Shown: positions 1 through 10,114, counted from the stretch's first letter. The stretch is 64,000 bases of DNA from an uncultured virus (IMG/VR IMGVR_UViG_3300035662_000021) (IMGVR_UViG_3300035662_000021); one strand, 5' to 3'. Program-made: numbers and translations. Notes: generated by a model from the letters alone, not told the origin.

Positions 1-77
1 TCCCTGATCAGCTTGGCCTGTTCTCGGAATGGATCGATGAGCAAGACGGCTGCGAGTCTGGCTACTGCATGACATGA
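1..77 (+). CDS. 3' end of PAPS-reductase-family protein (partial)
   Basis: Encodes PDQLGLFSEWIDEQDGCESGYCMT*, identical to the C-terminus of 58573-59379. Confidence 0.9.
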   Translation, partial: PDQLGLFSEWIDEQDGCESGYCMT

Positions 78-223
78 CCACCCATCCCCCCACCTTCCAG
101 ATCACCGACAAGGGCGGCTGCATCGGCCGGTTCTGGTGGGTGAACACCATCCCCTACACCGGCCGGGAGTGGTGGCCGGAGCTGTTCCCGTTCTGGGGAA
201 CGCCGCACTGGTACCGGCCATGA
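74..223 (+). CDS. Small Trp-rich hypothetical protein (49 aa)
   Basis: MTTHPPTFQITDKGGCIGRFWW...; ATGA overlaps at both ends; conserved at 59376-59525. Confidence 0.6.
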   Translation: MTTHPPTFQITDKGGCIGRFWWVNTIPYTGREWWPELFPFWGTPHWYRP

Positions 224-842
224 CCCCGCCCCCACGCTGGACCCGCCCCGAGGCGGAGTTCCTCGAATCCCTGGCCGAGTCGTTCCCCGTCCGCGAGATC
301 GCCAACCGCTACCGGCGCAAGGCTGGGCAGATGAAATGGCCGGAGCGCTCAGCGAATGCCATCCACCTGAAGCTCGTTCGCATGGGCCACCACACCAGGG
401 TCCGTGCTGGCGAGTGGGTCACATCGGGAGGCGCGGCCGAGATCCTGGGCTGCCCTAACACCAGAGTCGAAGCCTGGTTTCGCACGCGCCGGAACCGGGA
501 GATTCTCCAGCCGGTCTGGCGCGGTGCGTTCCGGTACGTGTCCCGCCAGAACTGGCGCCGGCTCGCCAGGGAGCGCCCGCAGGCCCTCGGCGGATTCGAT
601 GCGGATCGCCTGTTCGCCCTGCTGGAGGATCGCGAGCTGGCTGAGCAGATCGCCGCACGGTACCCCAGGCCTCGTGGTGACTGGCGGTGCGCTGCGTGGA
701 GACCGGCCAGATCTGGCCCAGTGCAGTGAGCGCCGCCCGGGAGCTGCACGTCTCCCAGGCAGCCATCACCCTGGCGATGCGGCAGGCCCGCCCGGTGCGG
801 GTGCTGGGGATGACGTTTGAGGCGTTGCGGGAGGTGGCTTAG
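220..842 (+). pseudogene. HTH/NUMOD1-like DNA-binding protein with a frameshift near 687
   Basis: Paralogue of 59522-60181; homology continues in the -1 frame (VRCVETGQIWPSAVSAARELHVS...EALREVA*). Confidence 0.75.
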
Positions 843-879
843 GGATGCGTTGACTGCCCTCATCACATCCGCCCCCGCC

Positions 880-1299
880 ATGCCCAGCGAACAGGAAACT
901 CAGCAACGAATACTCCTGGCCCACGGCTCAGGCCCGGTCCGCCTCTTCAGGAACAACGTCGGCACCGGCTGGGCTGGCGCCGCCACCCGCGTCACCGCCG
1001 GGAACCTTTCCGCGCTGGCCCATTCCCTCCGCCCGGGTGACGTGGTGATCCGTGGCGGCCGACCGCTCCATGCCGGCCTATGCGTCGGATCTTCCGACCT
1101 GATCGGTTACCGCCGCGTCGGCGACCTGGCCCAGTTCGTGGCCCTTGAGGTGAAATCGGCCACCGGCAGGCCCACCCCCCAGCAGACCGCATTCATCGAC
1201 CACATCACCACCGCTGGTGGGTGCGCCGGAATCGTGCGCAGTGTGGAGGATGCGAGAGAAATACTGCGAACGGGTGCGAAACCGGAACCCATCCGCTAG
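880..1299 (+). CDS. VRR-NUC domain nuclease
   Basis: LFRNNVG, GSSDLIG, ALEVKSATGRPTPQQ..F motifs. Confidence 0.88.
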   Translation: MPSEQETQQRILLAHGSGPVRLFRNNVGTGWAGAATRVTAGNLSALAHSLRPGDVVIRGGRPLHAGLCVGSSDLIGYRRVGDLAQFVALEVKSATGRPTPQQTAFIDHITTAGGCAGIVRSVEDAREILRTGAKPEPIR

Positions 1300-1326
1300 G
1301 ATTCTGGCATCCAACCGCTCGATGCC

Positions 1327-2343
1327 ATGGCCCTTCAGATACGCAAGGCAACACGCCGCAAGGCGAAACTCAGGCTCGCCCTGCTGGGCCCGTCCGGTTC
1401 CGGCAAGACCATGAGCGCCCTGCGCCTGGCGTTCGGCATCGGCGGCAAGGTCGGCGTGATCGATACCGAGAACGGCAGCGCTGATCTCTACGCCGAGATT
1501 GGCGACTACGACGTGATCACTCTGGAGAAGCCCTACACCGTGGGGAAGTACCGGGAGGCGATCAGCGCGTTTGAGGATGCGGGCTACACCACGATCATCG
1601 TGGACAGCCTCAGCCATGCCTGGTCAGGCGCTGGCGGCCTGCTCGACAAGCAGGGCCAGCTGGCGGCCCGCCCTGGCGCCAACAGCTACGCCGCCTGGCG
1701 CGAGATCACCCCAGAGCACAACGCCCTGGTTGAAGCGCTGCTCTCCAGCCCCTGCCACGTCATCACCACGATGCGGGTCAAGCAGGAGTACGTGCTGGAA
1801 GAGAACGAGCGCGGTAAGAAGGTCCCCCGCAAGGTGGGCCTGCAGCCGGTGCAGCGCGACGGCATGGAATACGAGTTCACGTGCGTGATGGACGTGGACA
1901 TCGACCACAAGGCCACCGCCACCAAGGATCGAACGACCCTGTTTGCCGACTGGCGGGACACCATCACCGAGGCCACGGGCCGGCTGCTCAAAGGCTGGCT
2001 GGAGAGCGGCGCCGAGCCGTTCAGCGTGGCCGATCAAGCGCGAGAGGCCTGCAAGGCGGCAGGGCTCACCAGCGAAGGACTGATTCAGTTCTGCCAGATG
2101 GTGAGCCAGGGCGAAACCAGCTCACTGGAACGGCTGCCCCGCCAGACCCTCGACCGCATCATCCAACAGGGGATCAGCGGCGAGACCGTGGCGAAGTGCA
2201 ACGGTGTGCCGGCGAAAGAAGACCGACCAACCATGACGGTCTTGGACCACGACGGCGATCCTTTGGAAGTTGAGGCTTCGCCCGAAGGTGAGGATCCGCC
2301 TTCGGATAACAGCGACGATCTCCCCGCTGCCTGGAACATCTAA
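1327..2343 (+). CDS. AAA_24/Sak4-like ATPase recombinase
   Basis: Walker A GPSGSGKT, IDTENGS, IIVDSLSHAW; adjacent to SSB. Confidence 0.85.
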   Translation: MALQIRKATRRKAKLRLALLGPSGSGKTMSALRLAFGIGGKVGVIDTENGSADLYAEIGDYDVITLEKPYTVGKYREAISAFEDAGYTTIIVDSLSHAWSGAGGLLDKQGQLAARPGANSYAAWREITPEHNALVEALLSSPCHVITTMRVKQEYVLEENERGKKVPRKVGLQPVQRDGMEYEFTCVMDVDIDHKATATKDRTTLFADWRDTITEATGRLLKGWLESGAEPFSVADQAREACKAAGLTSEGLIQFCQMVSQGETSSLERLPRQTLDRIIQQGISGETVAKCNGVPAKEDRPTMTVLDHDGDPLEVEASPEGEDPPSDNSDDLPAAWNI

Positions 2344-2362
2344 CCCCATCCCTTGAACATCC

Positions 2363-2815
2363 ATGGAACTCCTGATCCAACTGCTCCGCGCCTCTCAGCA
2401 CCGATTCATCGGGCGCCTGGGATTTGAGCCGGAGATGAAGTATTTCGACTCAGGCCTGACGGTCTGCAATGCACGCCTGCTGGTCAACCAGCCCGGCGCC
2501 AAGCGTGACGACGGCAAACAGCCCGACAGCTTCAAGCTGGTGCTGTGGAACGAGCGGGCCCAGGCCTTCGCTGATGCCTGCGCGAAGGGCGACTTGGTGG
2601 AGGTGTCCGGCCAGGTGAAGTCCGAGACCTGGACCGATCGCACCACCGGCGAAGAGCGCAGCGCCTGGTCCGTGAGCGTGGAGAAGTGGGAGCTCCTGAT
2701 GAAGAAGCGCAGTGATGGCGCCCCAGCCCAGCAGTCCGCTCCAGCCCAGCAATCCGCCCCCTCTCAGAGCTGGCTCGGCAACGATGCCCCCAGCGATGAG
2801 GATGTGCCCTTCTGA
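2363..2815 (+). CDS. ssb: Single-stranded DNA-binding protein
   Basis: IGRLGFEPE, KGDLVEVSG, acidic DEDVPF tail. Confidence 0.9.
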   Translation: MELLIQLLRASQHRFIGRLGFEPEMKYFDSGLTVCNARLLVNQPGAKRDDGKQPDSFKLVLWNERAQAFADACAKGDLVEVSGQVKSETWTDRTTGEERSAWSVSVEKWELLMKKRSDGAPAQQSAPAQQSAPSQSWLGNDAPSDEDVPF

Positions 2816-2818
2816 TCC

Positions 2819-3124
2819 ATGCAGAACCTCACCCCACTCGTGCACCATCTCCTATCCCGGCACCACCAGCTGCCCAGCCGGGCGATCATCACCTGCCTGC
2901 TGCTGGCTCAGCTGAATCCCCAGCCCACCCGCCGGGTGCCCACTGCTGAGCTGATGCAGCAGTGCAATGTGCTTCGCCACAACCATCTCTCCAAACTGCT
3001 CCGCGAGCTCAAGGCCGCTGATCTGGTCGAGTACGAGGCCGGCACGATCGGCGACCCTGGCTACCTGTTCTGGAGGGTTGGGCCTGCTGATCCTGCTCAG
3101 CTTCGGTTGGAGGTGGAGGCGTGA
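2819..3124 (+). CDS. Winged-helix-like hypothetical protein
   Basis: [16 protein letters not shown] pattern; in operon. Confidence 0.55.
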   Translation: MQNLTPLVHHLLSRHHQLPSRAIITCLLLAQLNPQPTRRVPTAELMQQCNVLRHNHLSKLLRELKAADLVEYEAGTIGDPGYLFWRVGPADPAQLRLEVEA

Positions 3125-3594
3125 TTACACCCGAACAGCTCCAGCAGCACGCAGCATGGTTGCGCGACGGCAGCGGCAAGCGGATTGAAGTTGTTAACGC
3201 CAACCTGCGCGACGCCGACCTGCGCGACGCCAACCTGCGCGGGGCCAACCTGCGCGGGGCCGACCTGCGCGACGCCGACCTGCGCGACGCCGACCTGCGC
3301 GACGCCAACCTGCGCGGGGCCGACCTGCGCGACGCCGACCTGCGCGGCGCCATTGGCAACATGCGCGAGATCAAGTCTGCGCAATTTGATCAATGGCCGG
3401 TTACATGGTCCGCCGATGTGCTGGCTATTGGCTGCCAGCAACATGCCATTGAAAAGTGGCATGTTGCCGACCCGCGTTGGATTGCGGCGATGGATTCACA
3501 AGCCAGCAACTGGTGGTCACGCTATGGCGCGTTGGTGCTGCAGCTGGTCGACGCATCGCCGGCTACAGGCGTGGTGCTGGAGGTGTCCCAGTGA
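3121..3594 (+). CDS. Pentapeptide repeat protein
   Basis: A(N/D)LR(D/G) x10, 15-bp tandem repeats at about 3199-3350. Confidence 0.88.
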   Translation: MITPEQLQQHAAWLRDGSGKRIEVVNANLRDADLRDANLRGANLRGADLRDADLRDADLRDANLRGADLRDADLRGAIGNMREIKSAQFDQWPVTWSADVLAIGCQQHAIEKWHVADPRWIAAMDSQASNWWSRYGALVLQLVDASPATGVVLEVSQ

Positions 3595-3719
3595 CCCTCT
3601 CCATCCTCGCCGGCATGGTCGAAATCATCGCCGTGTTGGCCATCGTCGGCACCGCCACCCTGGCCACGTCGCTGTGGTGGGCGCTGTGTGAGCGGTTGGT
3701 GGGGGAGGTGGAGCCATGA
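3591..3719 (+). CDS. Small membrane protein
   Basis: GTGA overlap; hydrophobic stretch [20 protein letters not shown]... Confidence 0.5.
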   Translation: MTLSILAGMVEIIAVLAIVGTATLATSLWWALCERLVGEVEP

Positions 3720-3854
3720 CCTGGTACGTCCCACCCGCGATCCTCGCTGCACTGCGCGGCTACCAGCCCTCCGCCGGCGCTGGCGGGTTCCTGCTGCAGG
3801 CGCCCGCTCCTGACCTGGTGCTGGCCAATCCGCCGTCCAGCTTGGAGGCCAGCC

Positions 3855-5312
3855 GTGTTCAACGCTGACTTCTATCCCACGCCGCCCGAGGTGGCGGCCA
3901 CCATGCTCGACCCGCTCGACTTGCGCGGCCGGGTGGTGGTGGAGCCCTCCGCCGGCTCAGGCAACCTGGTGCAGGCCTGCCTAGAACGCGGCGCCGCCGA
4001 AGTGCTCATGGTTGAGCCTGAGCCGAAGCTGCGGGCCATCCTCGCCGGCATTCCCGCCGACTGCCGCCTGATCGCCGCGGACTGGCTCACGGTGACGGCC
4101 GAGCAGATCAGCCACGTCGATCTGATCGTGATGAACCCGCCGTTCTCGGCCGATGAGCGGCACATCCTGCACGCCTGGGAGATCGCCCCGCCAGGCTGCG
4201 AGATCGTCGCGCTGGCCAACTGGAACACGGTCTGCGATGAGTACGTGCATCGCCTCACGCAGCGCACCGGAAGCGGCCTGAAGAAACAACTGGCGAAGCT
4301 GATTGAGGGCTACGGCAGCAAGGAACACCTGGGCGAGTGCTTCACCACCGCCGAGCGTCCCACCAAGGTGAGCGTCGGCCTAGTGCGGCTGACCAAACCT
4401 GGCAGCCGGCCTGGTGGCGACGAGTTCGACGGGTTCTACCTGGGCCCGGACGACATCGAGGCCCAAGGCGAGGGGCTAATCCCCTACCGCCGCAGCCGGG
4501 ACATCGTGCAGCGCTACGTGGAGGCCTGCAAGATCTTCGATGAGCAGGTGGCCGCGGGCACCAGGCTGCGGGGTGTGCTGGATGGATTCTTCGGCCAGGA
4601 GCTGGGCTTACAGGTGACCGTCGAAGGTGCGCCGGTGACCCGCAACCGGTTCCGCAAGGATCTGCAAAAGCAGGCCTGGAAGCACGTGTTTGATGAGTTC
4701 CTGCCGCAGCAGATGGCCACCAGCCAGCTGGCGAAGGACATCAACCGGTTTGTGGAGGAGCAGTCGAAGATCCCGTTCACCGAGCGGAACATCTACCGGA
4801 TGCTGCAGATCGTCGCCGGCACCCAGGAGCAGCGGATTGACCGGGCGGTGGAAGAGGCCGTCGATTCGATCACTCGCCACACGGTGGAAAACCGCTACGG
4901 CGTGGAAGGCTGGGTAACCAACTCGGGCTACATGCTGAACAAGCGATTCATCCGGCCTTACATGGCTGAGCTGGCCTACAGCGAACCGCGCAAGGTGCGG
5001 CTCAAGACCTACGGCGGCCAGTGGGATGAGATCCAGGATCTGATCAAGGCGCTGTGTTTCATCACCGGTCGGTCGATTGAAGAGGTGCGCCTGCCGGAGC
5101 AGTTTGGCGAGAACCAGTACTGGCCAGGTGACTGGCACGACTGGGGCTTCTTCCTCTTCCGCCCCTACAAGAAAGGCACCGTGCATTTCGAGTTCAAGGA
5201 TCAGGAGGTCTGGGCGGCGCTCAATGCCCGCTATGCCCGCATCAAGGGCCAGGTGCTGCCCGAACAGCAGCGCCGGGCGAAGCAGCGCAGACGGCAGGGG
5301 GTGGCGGCATGA
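3855..5312 (+). CDS. DNA adenine methyltransferase with DUF4942-like C-terminus
   Basis: DFYPTP, EPSAGSG, MNPPF motifs; C-terminal WGFF..YKKGTVHFEF. Confidence 0.85.
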   Translation: MFNADFYPTPPEVAATMLDPLDLRGRVVVEPSAGSGNLVQACLERGAAEVLMVEPEPKLRAILAGIPADCRLIAADWLTVTAEQISHVDLIVMNPPFSADERHILHAWEIAPPGCEIVALANWNTVCDEYVHRLTQRTGSGLKKQLAKLIEGYGSKEHLGECFTTAERPTKVSVGLVRLTKPGSRPGGDEFDGFYLGPDDIEAQGEGLIPYRRSRDIVQRYVEACKIFDEQVAAGTRLRGVLDGFFGQELGLQVTVEGAPVTRNRFRKDLQKQAWKHVFDEFLPQQMATSQLAKDINRFVEEQSKIPFTERNIYRMLQIVAGTQEQRIDRAVEEAVDSITRHTVENRYGVEGWVTNSGYMLNKRFIRPYMAELAYSEPRKVRLKTYGGQWDEIQDLIKALCFITGRSIEEVRLPEQFGENQYWPGDWHDWGFFLFRPYKKGTVHFEFKDQEVWAALNARYARIKGQVLPEQQRRAKQRRRQGVAA

Positions 5313-5478
5313 CCCCCATCAAACTCCGCATCGCCGCCGAGACCGTGCTGGCCCAGCTCCGCATGGAGGCCCAGCGTCCGGCTGCCATGCCGATCCGCCA
5401 GCTCCGGCCTGGCGAGGGGATGGATGATCTGCTGCGGCGGATCGTGAACGACCGGATCCGCAACCCCACCTCATCACG

Positions 5479-5736
5479 ATGAGTTACGTAACCCGAACTA
5501 CTGAAGTTGTCATCTACGACGCCGACGCCCTTGATGGCCCGTTTTCTGACGTGGCGCTCAGGCTGGTACTGGTGCCTGACAGTGGCGACGAATGCCTAGA
5601 ACTGCACTACGGGGAGACCGAGATCCCTGTCAGCGTCGAAGAGCTGGAAGTGCTAGCTGCCGCGGCCAAACAGCTGCTGCATGGTGAGGGCGGCCGTGAT
5701 CACCTACACCACCCCCACTCTGGAGATGAACGATGA
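5479..5736 (+). CDS. Hypothetical protein
   Basis: Translationally coupled ORF in small-gene array. Confidence 0.6.
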   Translation: MSYVTRTTEVVIYDADALDGPFSDVALRLVLVPDSGDECLELHYGETEIPVSVEELEVLAAAAKQLLHGEGGRDHLHHPHSGDER

Positions 5737-6188
5737 GCACTGATTACCGCACCGAACTGCAGCGCCTGGTGAAGGCGTATGACGAGCATGGTGGGAGGTG
5801 GCCTGACCACCATGAACAGGCCCTGCACAATGCCGTTGAAGCCGCCCGCACCGCCCTGGCCCAGCCCGAGCCGGAGGGGGTGCCCCCAAGGGTTGGCCAC
5901 ATCCTGCGCCTGGCTGAGATCATCCGCGAGGTGGACGGCAACCACGACAAGGGAGCCGCCGCGCTGGCTGAGGCGATCCTGTCTCACCCTGGCAGCAGAT
6001 GGAGCCCCGCCATCGAGCCCGTGCCCGTCGCTGAGGGGCTGCCGGGGCCGGAGGATTGCGATGCGGAAGGTATTTGCTGGTGGTATGACAGCCCCGGCGG
6101 CGGCTGGTACATGGATGCATTACAAGGCAACTACAGCCACTGGCGCCCCCAGCACGCCCTGCCGGTGCCCGGTGCGGAGGTGGGGTGA
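5733..6188 (+). CDS. Hypothetical phage protein
   Basis: Coupled ORF; C-terminal LPGPEDCDAEG.CWW...SHWRP module. Confidence 0.65.
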   Translation: MSTDYRTELQRLVKAYDEHGGRWPDHHEQALHNAVEAARTALAQPEPEGVPPRVGHILRLAEIIREVDGNHDKGAAALAEAILSHPGSRWSPAIEPVPVAEGLPGPEDCDAEGICWWYDSPGGGWYMDALQGNYSHWRPQHALPVPGAEVG

Positions 6189-6418
6189 TGGCTGAGATCG
6201 TATGCCGACACGCTGAAGATGATTTCTTCGCCCTAATGACCGCGCGAGGCATGGAAGACGCTAATTGCTGCGTCTTTTCTATTACTCATGTCCCAGGTGC
6301 TCCTTCAATGCTCAGGTGGATTGTTTGGGGCCGTTTTGACCCAGCCAAAACAACCTTTGACAAGATCGACGTTTGCATTAAAAAAAGACTTTTTCCAGCG
6401 GACGAGGAACAACCATGA
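6188..6418 (+). CDS. Hypothetical protein
   Basis: Coupled ORF, lower GC. Confidence 0.55.
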   Translation: MAEIVCRHAEDDFFALMTARGMEDANCCVFSITHVPGAPSMLRWIVWGRFDPAKTTFDKIDVCIKKRLFPADEEQP

Positions 6419-6684
6419 CCACCCCAACCCAACCCCTATCCCCGGCCGCGCAGGCTGTATGGGATGCCTGGAATGACGCCTACGAAGCTCAAGGGCCGCT
6501 GGAAGACATGGGCCATCCGCTTGCCGCCGCGCTGATTGCTGCAGTGGATCAGGTGGTGCCGCTTGAGTTATGTCTTCCTGAGCAGGCGCCCATAGAAGGT
6601 CACATTAGACAGGATCAGCGAGGCAAGATCCGCCGCCAACTCCTAGCCATCGCCGCCGAGCTGCGGCAGGAGGGGCAGTCGTGA
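6415..6684 (+). CDS. Hypothetical protein (LSPAAQAV family)
   Basis: Paralogue of 38133-38378. Confidence 0.7.
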   Translation: MTTPTQPLSPAAQAVWDAWNDAYEAQGPLEDMGHPLAAALIAAVDQVVPLELCLPEQAPIEGHIRQDQRGKIRRQLLAIAAELRQEGQS

Positions 6685-6911
6685 GCATGCCTCTGTGGAA
6701 GGTGATGAACGAGGTGTATCGGTGCGGCTATAAAGAACCGGCCAGCGGTTCCATCCTGCACAGGGAGAGGGTGAGGCTGGGGCATGCCGCCCAAATCCGC
6801 GCCCTTGCCCAGATCATCGAGCAACGCGGCACCCAGGACATCGACCGTGACCCCGGCGAAACTGCCGACTGGTTGCGGGCTGAGGCTGACAGGGCGGAGG
6901 GGTCCCCATGA
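6681..6911 (+). CDS. Hypothetical protein
   Basis: Coupled ORF. Confidence 0.6.
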   Translation: MSMPLWKVMNEVYRCGYKEPASGSILHRERVRLGHAAQIRALAQIIEQRGTQDIDRDPGETADWLRAEADRAEGSP

Positions 6912-7309
6912 CCCACCAGCTCTACATCAAACAGGGCAGGCGTTACATCCCGTGGGGCAATGGCCGGCACTGGGATGCCGATCACGATGCGATGGAGGCA
7001 GGCAGCTTCCGGCTAATCCATTGCCCCGATCCTGGCCACTACCGTACGCGGCATGACGTGACACCGGATACGGCGAGATGGGCTGCAGCGGCGATGATCG
7101 CGCAGCAGGCAATGGAGGATGCAATGCGAAAACGTGCGATTGCACAACCACAAGTTCAGCCGTACACCGATCGCCAACTGAGGCTGATCGAGCAGTTCCG
7201 GCGTGACATGGCTGCAGCCGGTGGCCTAGTGCCCAGCTACTGGCGCCACGGCACAGCGTTCGAGATCGCGCAGGCAGGCATCGATGCAGTGCGGAAACCT
7301 GAGCCATGA
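6908..7309 (+). CDS. Hypothetical protein
   Basis: Coupled ORF. Confidence 0.65.
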   Translation: MTHQLYIKQGRRYIPWGNGRHWDADHDAMEAGSFRLIHCPDPGHYRTRHDVTPDTARWAAAAMIAQQAMEDAMRKRAIAQPQVQPYTDRQLRLIEQFRRDMAAAGGLVPSYWRHGTAFEIAQAGIDAVRKPEP

Positions 7310-7500
7310 GCACCACACCCGACCGCCTAGCCCTCGCCGCATGCCCGATGTCAACGCTGAGGCGCTGCGTCGAGCCATGCGACAACTGCCGCCAAACCGC
7401 GGCGCAGGTCGCTGGTGAGCTGTGCCTGGTGCTGCTGGAACACTCCAGTGACACCACCACCGCAGCGGCCGACTGGATTTCCTGCCACGCCATGCCATGA
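7306..7500 (+). CDS. Cys-rich hypothetical protein
   Basis: Coupled ORF with CxxxCxxC. Confidence 0.5.
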   Translation: MSTTPDRLALAACPMSTLRRCVEPCDNCRQTAAQVAGELCLVLLEHSSDTTTAAADWISCHAMP

Positions 7501-7676
7501 CCTGGACCACCAGCCGCCTGCCCACCGCTGCCGATGGCGACCTCCACGGCATGGTGCGCTGGGATTCACGCCTGCCAGGGATGCTCAGCCACTGGTCAGA
7601 CGTTCGTCCCGGTGAGCAGTGGCGGCGATCTGCAGCGTGGCAGCCGCCGGTGGAAAACTCAGAGCATGGAAACTGA
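7497..7676 (+). CDS. Hypothetical protein
   Basis: MTWTTSRLPTAADGDLHGMVRW...; ATGA overlap. Confidence 0.55.
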   Translation: MTWTTSRLPTAADGDLHGMVRWDSRLPGMLSHWSDVRPGEQWRRSAAWQPPVENSEHGN

Positions 7677-8058
7677 GCCCGGTTCGCTGTCGCTGCAGCT
7701 CGTTGATCGGCTCGGGAAGCTGGAAGGGCTGATCATCGGTTTGCAGACCAGCATCGGCCAGTCCCAGGCGCAGACCACAGCGTTCATGGGTCGTGTCGAG
7801 CGCCTCGAAGCCCGGCAAGTGGAGCTGGAGCGCAACATGATCACCAAGCAGGACATCAGCCAGCTGGTGGAGAAGGTCGATCAGCTCACCACCAGCGAAG
7901 CACGGCAGCAGGGTGGCACTGCAGTGGCCAGCTGGTCAGCGCAGGCTATCGGCACCTGGGCTGCCGTGATCATCGCCCTGCTCGCTCTGGTGGGTGTGGG
8001 CGTGCAGCGCGAGCGGCTTAACCACCAGGCGCCAGTCGGTCGCTCTGCTTCGCCTTGA
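7666..8058 (+). CDS. Coiled-coil protein with C-terminal TM helix (XhlA/holin-like)
   Basis: Heptad-rich N-terminus, AAVIIALLALVGVGV; GGAAAACT motif 6 nt upstream. Confidence 0.65.
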   Translation: METEPGSLSLQLVDRLGKLEGLIIGLQTSIGQSQAQTTAFMGRVERLEARQVELERNMITKQDISQLVEKVDQLTTSEARQQGGTAVASWSAQAIGTWAAVIIALLALVGVGVQRERLNHQAPVGRSASP

Positions 8059-8326
8059 ACGTGTCCACCAGCTCGGTGTAGTAGGGCGTGATCTGCGCCA
8101 CCGGTGATCCACGGATGCCGTAGACCATCAGCGGATCACCGGTGGCGACGCTCCACTGCTCCGGTGCAGCCTTTGATGCGGTAAAACCGATCACGCCGGC
8201 CAGGATCTGCTGCGCACCGAACATGGTGCCCGACGGCAGCACCTGAAACTCGCGGCCATAGATGTGGACGCCATCGCTGAACTGGAACACCTGGAGCTCG
8301 CCCCAGGCGATCGAGGTTTCGGGCAT
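8018..8326 (-). CDS. Hypothetical protein
   Basis: ORF preceded by the GGAAACCT motif (8347-8354). Confidence 0.6.
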   Translation of the reverse strand: MPETSIAWGELQVFQFSDGVHIYGREFQVLPSGTMFGAQQILAGVIGFTASKAAPEQWSVATGDPLMVYGIRGSPVAQITPYYTELVDTFKAKQSDRLAPGG

Positions 8327-8357
8327 GGGCCGCCAGCGCCTAGCTCAGGTTTCCGAA

Positions 8358-8576
8358 TCAGACGCCGGGTTCGTCCGATTCATCCGGCCCACGGCACGGC
8401 AGCTCGGGGTTGGCGCATGGCGGGGTGATGCCCCGGCCAGCGCAGAGCGCTCGGAACGTTGCCATGGCGCGAGTGCCGCTGGCGTCCTCGACGCACATCC
8501 CAGCACCGCACACCTGCCAGATTGCCTGGCCGTCACGGATGATCATCTCCTGGGTTGGGAGCTTCCTGATATCCAT
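8358..8576 (-). CDS. Hypothetical protein
   Basis: MDIRKLPTQEMIIRDG... Confidence 0.5.
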   Translation of the reverse strand: MDIRKLPTQEMIIRDGQAIWQVCGAGMCVEDASGTRAMATFRALCAGRGITPPCANPELPCRGPDESDEPGV

Positions 8577-8619
8577 CCGTCCGGTGCTGGTGGCATAGGT
8601 TGCCGGGTGTGCACCGTTC

Positions 8620-8872
8620 ACGCACCACCGCCGAGACTGCCTGCCAGGACAGGCTCGGCACTACGACATCCGCGAAACGCCAGAGGATCTCTATGCTGCT
8701 GTGTTGGCCTGTCGCAGAGCGCAAACCGTAGGCCAGGACAGCGATCAGGGGGCAGCAGCAGATCAGCAGCAAGGGACTGTAAGGGACAGCAAGGGACCAT
8801 AATTCTCGCCGGTATGCACGGCCCGTGCATCGTTGCATCGGCCACGGTTTCTGCGCGTCGTATTCCCCCCCC
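8620..8872. promoter_or_regulatory. Candidate att region with phased repeats
   Basis: AAGGGAC x3 at 10-bp period (8771, 8781, 8791); palindrome ATGCACGG-C-CCGTGCAT (8814-8830); directly upstream of the integrase. Confidence 0.5.
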
Positions 8873-9853
8873 ATGGCATCGATCAACGTCCAGCGCGGCC
8901 GGCTTTACCTGCTGGCTCGGGTGCCCCGCCGTGACGGCAGCCCTGGCCTGGCGCAGCAGCGGATCGCCCTGAGGCTGGACGACACGCCTGTGAACCGTCG
9001 CGTTGCCGCCAAGCAGCTGCAGACCTTGGAGCGGCAGCTGGCCACCGACACGTTTGAGTGGGGGTACTGGACCGACCAAGGGGAGGGGATCACCTGGCGT
9101 GAGGCCATCGCCCGGCTGCATCGCGCCAGGGTGGTGCTGGGGCGCACGTCGGAGCGGACATGGGAGATCAACTACATGGGCCGGCTGCGGCAGATCCCGC
9201 CGGCCAGCACGGTCACGACAAAGGCCATCGCCCAGGCGCTGCAGCGCTACGACCGCTCGACCTGCTCATACAAGGAGCTGTGGTATCTGCTTAAGCAGCT
9301 GGCGCAGCTGGTCGGCGTGCCGTTTCCTGAGCTGCCAGTGCCGACGTATAGCAGGGCTGAGCTGGTGGCGGTGCCGACTGATGCGGAGATCATCCGCTGG
9401 GTTGAGGCAGCGCCGGATCCTGCGTGCTGGTATCTGGGGATGATGGCCACGTACGGTCTCAGGCCGCATGAGATCGAGGGTGCGGCGCTGATCGAGCGGG
9501 ATTATCTGCAGGTGGCAGAGGCGAGCAAGACCGGATTCAGGACGGTGGTGCCGGTGCCCCGTGAGTGGGTGGAGCTGTTCAGGTTGAGAGATCGCCGGGT
9601 CAGGAGCAGCCCGACGGATGTGGCGAAGTGGCTCTCGAAGACCACCCACCAGCTGGGGCTGAGCTGGCGACCGTATGCGCTCAGGCATGCGTTCGCCGGC
9701 CGGCTGTGGCGGCAGGGTGGGTCGCGGTTGGATGTGTATACGGCGGCCCGGCTGATGGGTCATAGCCCCGGCCAGCACTCACGAACCTACCGGGCGCACA
9801 TTCAGCCCCACCAGGTGGCGGAGGCGGCGGAGAGGGCGTTAGGGGGTGGGTGA
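8873..9853 (+). CDS. int: Tyrosine recombinase (integrase)
   Basis: YGLRPHEI, SKTG, YALRH, LMGHS and HSRTY catalytic pattern. Confidence 0.92.
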   Translation: MASINVQRGRLYLLARVPRRDGSPGLAQQRIALRLDDTPVNRRVAAKQLQTLERQLATDTFEWGYWTDQGEGITWREAIARLHRARVVLGRTSERTWEINYMGRLRQIPPASTVTTKAIAQALQRYDRSTCSYKELWYLLKQLAQLVGVPFPELPVPTYSRAELVAVPTDAEIIRWVEAAPDPACWYLGMMATYGLRPHEIEGAALIERDYLQVAEASKTGFRTVVPVPREWVELFRLRDRRVRSSPTDVAKWLSKTTHQLGLSWRPYALRHAFAGRLWRQGGSRLDVYTAARLMGHSPGQHSRTYRAHIQPHQVAEAAERALGGG

Positions 9854-10114
9854 GCGCCATCCCATCTCTTCTGGGTCGTGCGCTTCGGCCCATTCCAGCG
9901 CTTCGGCCTTGGTCGCAAACGGTCCGGCATGGCCTGATCCGTCAAAGGTCATTCCGCCGTTATCGGGCCACTCGACTTTCCCTGCAGTTGCCCACGCAGC
10001 ACCGGGAAACATTCCCTCTTCGACCTCATAGCAGCGGATCACAGCAAACCACCCATCAACAGGCGGCAGCGGATCCCAGCACCAGTCCTGCGGAGCGCTC
10101 ACTGCTTTGCTCAT
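9839..10114 (-). CDS. Hypothetical protein
   Basis: Coupled ORF; GPFATKAEALEWA motif. Confidence 0.6.
   Translation of the reverse strand: MSKAVSAPQDWCWDPLPPVDGWFAVIRCYEVEEGMFPGAAWATAGKVEWPDNGGMTFDGSGHAGPFATKAEALEWAEAHDPEEMGWRSPTP

Larger units (their letters stand above)
1..243 (+). repeat. Near-identical copy of 59303-59545
   Basis: Offset 59302; about 7 mismatches by eye, diverging after ...CCCCACGCTGGAC. Confidence 0.95.

Noticed and set aside
1..243. Terminal redundancy or circular assembly overlap
   Set aside because: The copies differ at about 7 positions and the downstream sequences are different paralogues
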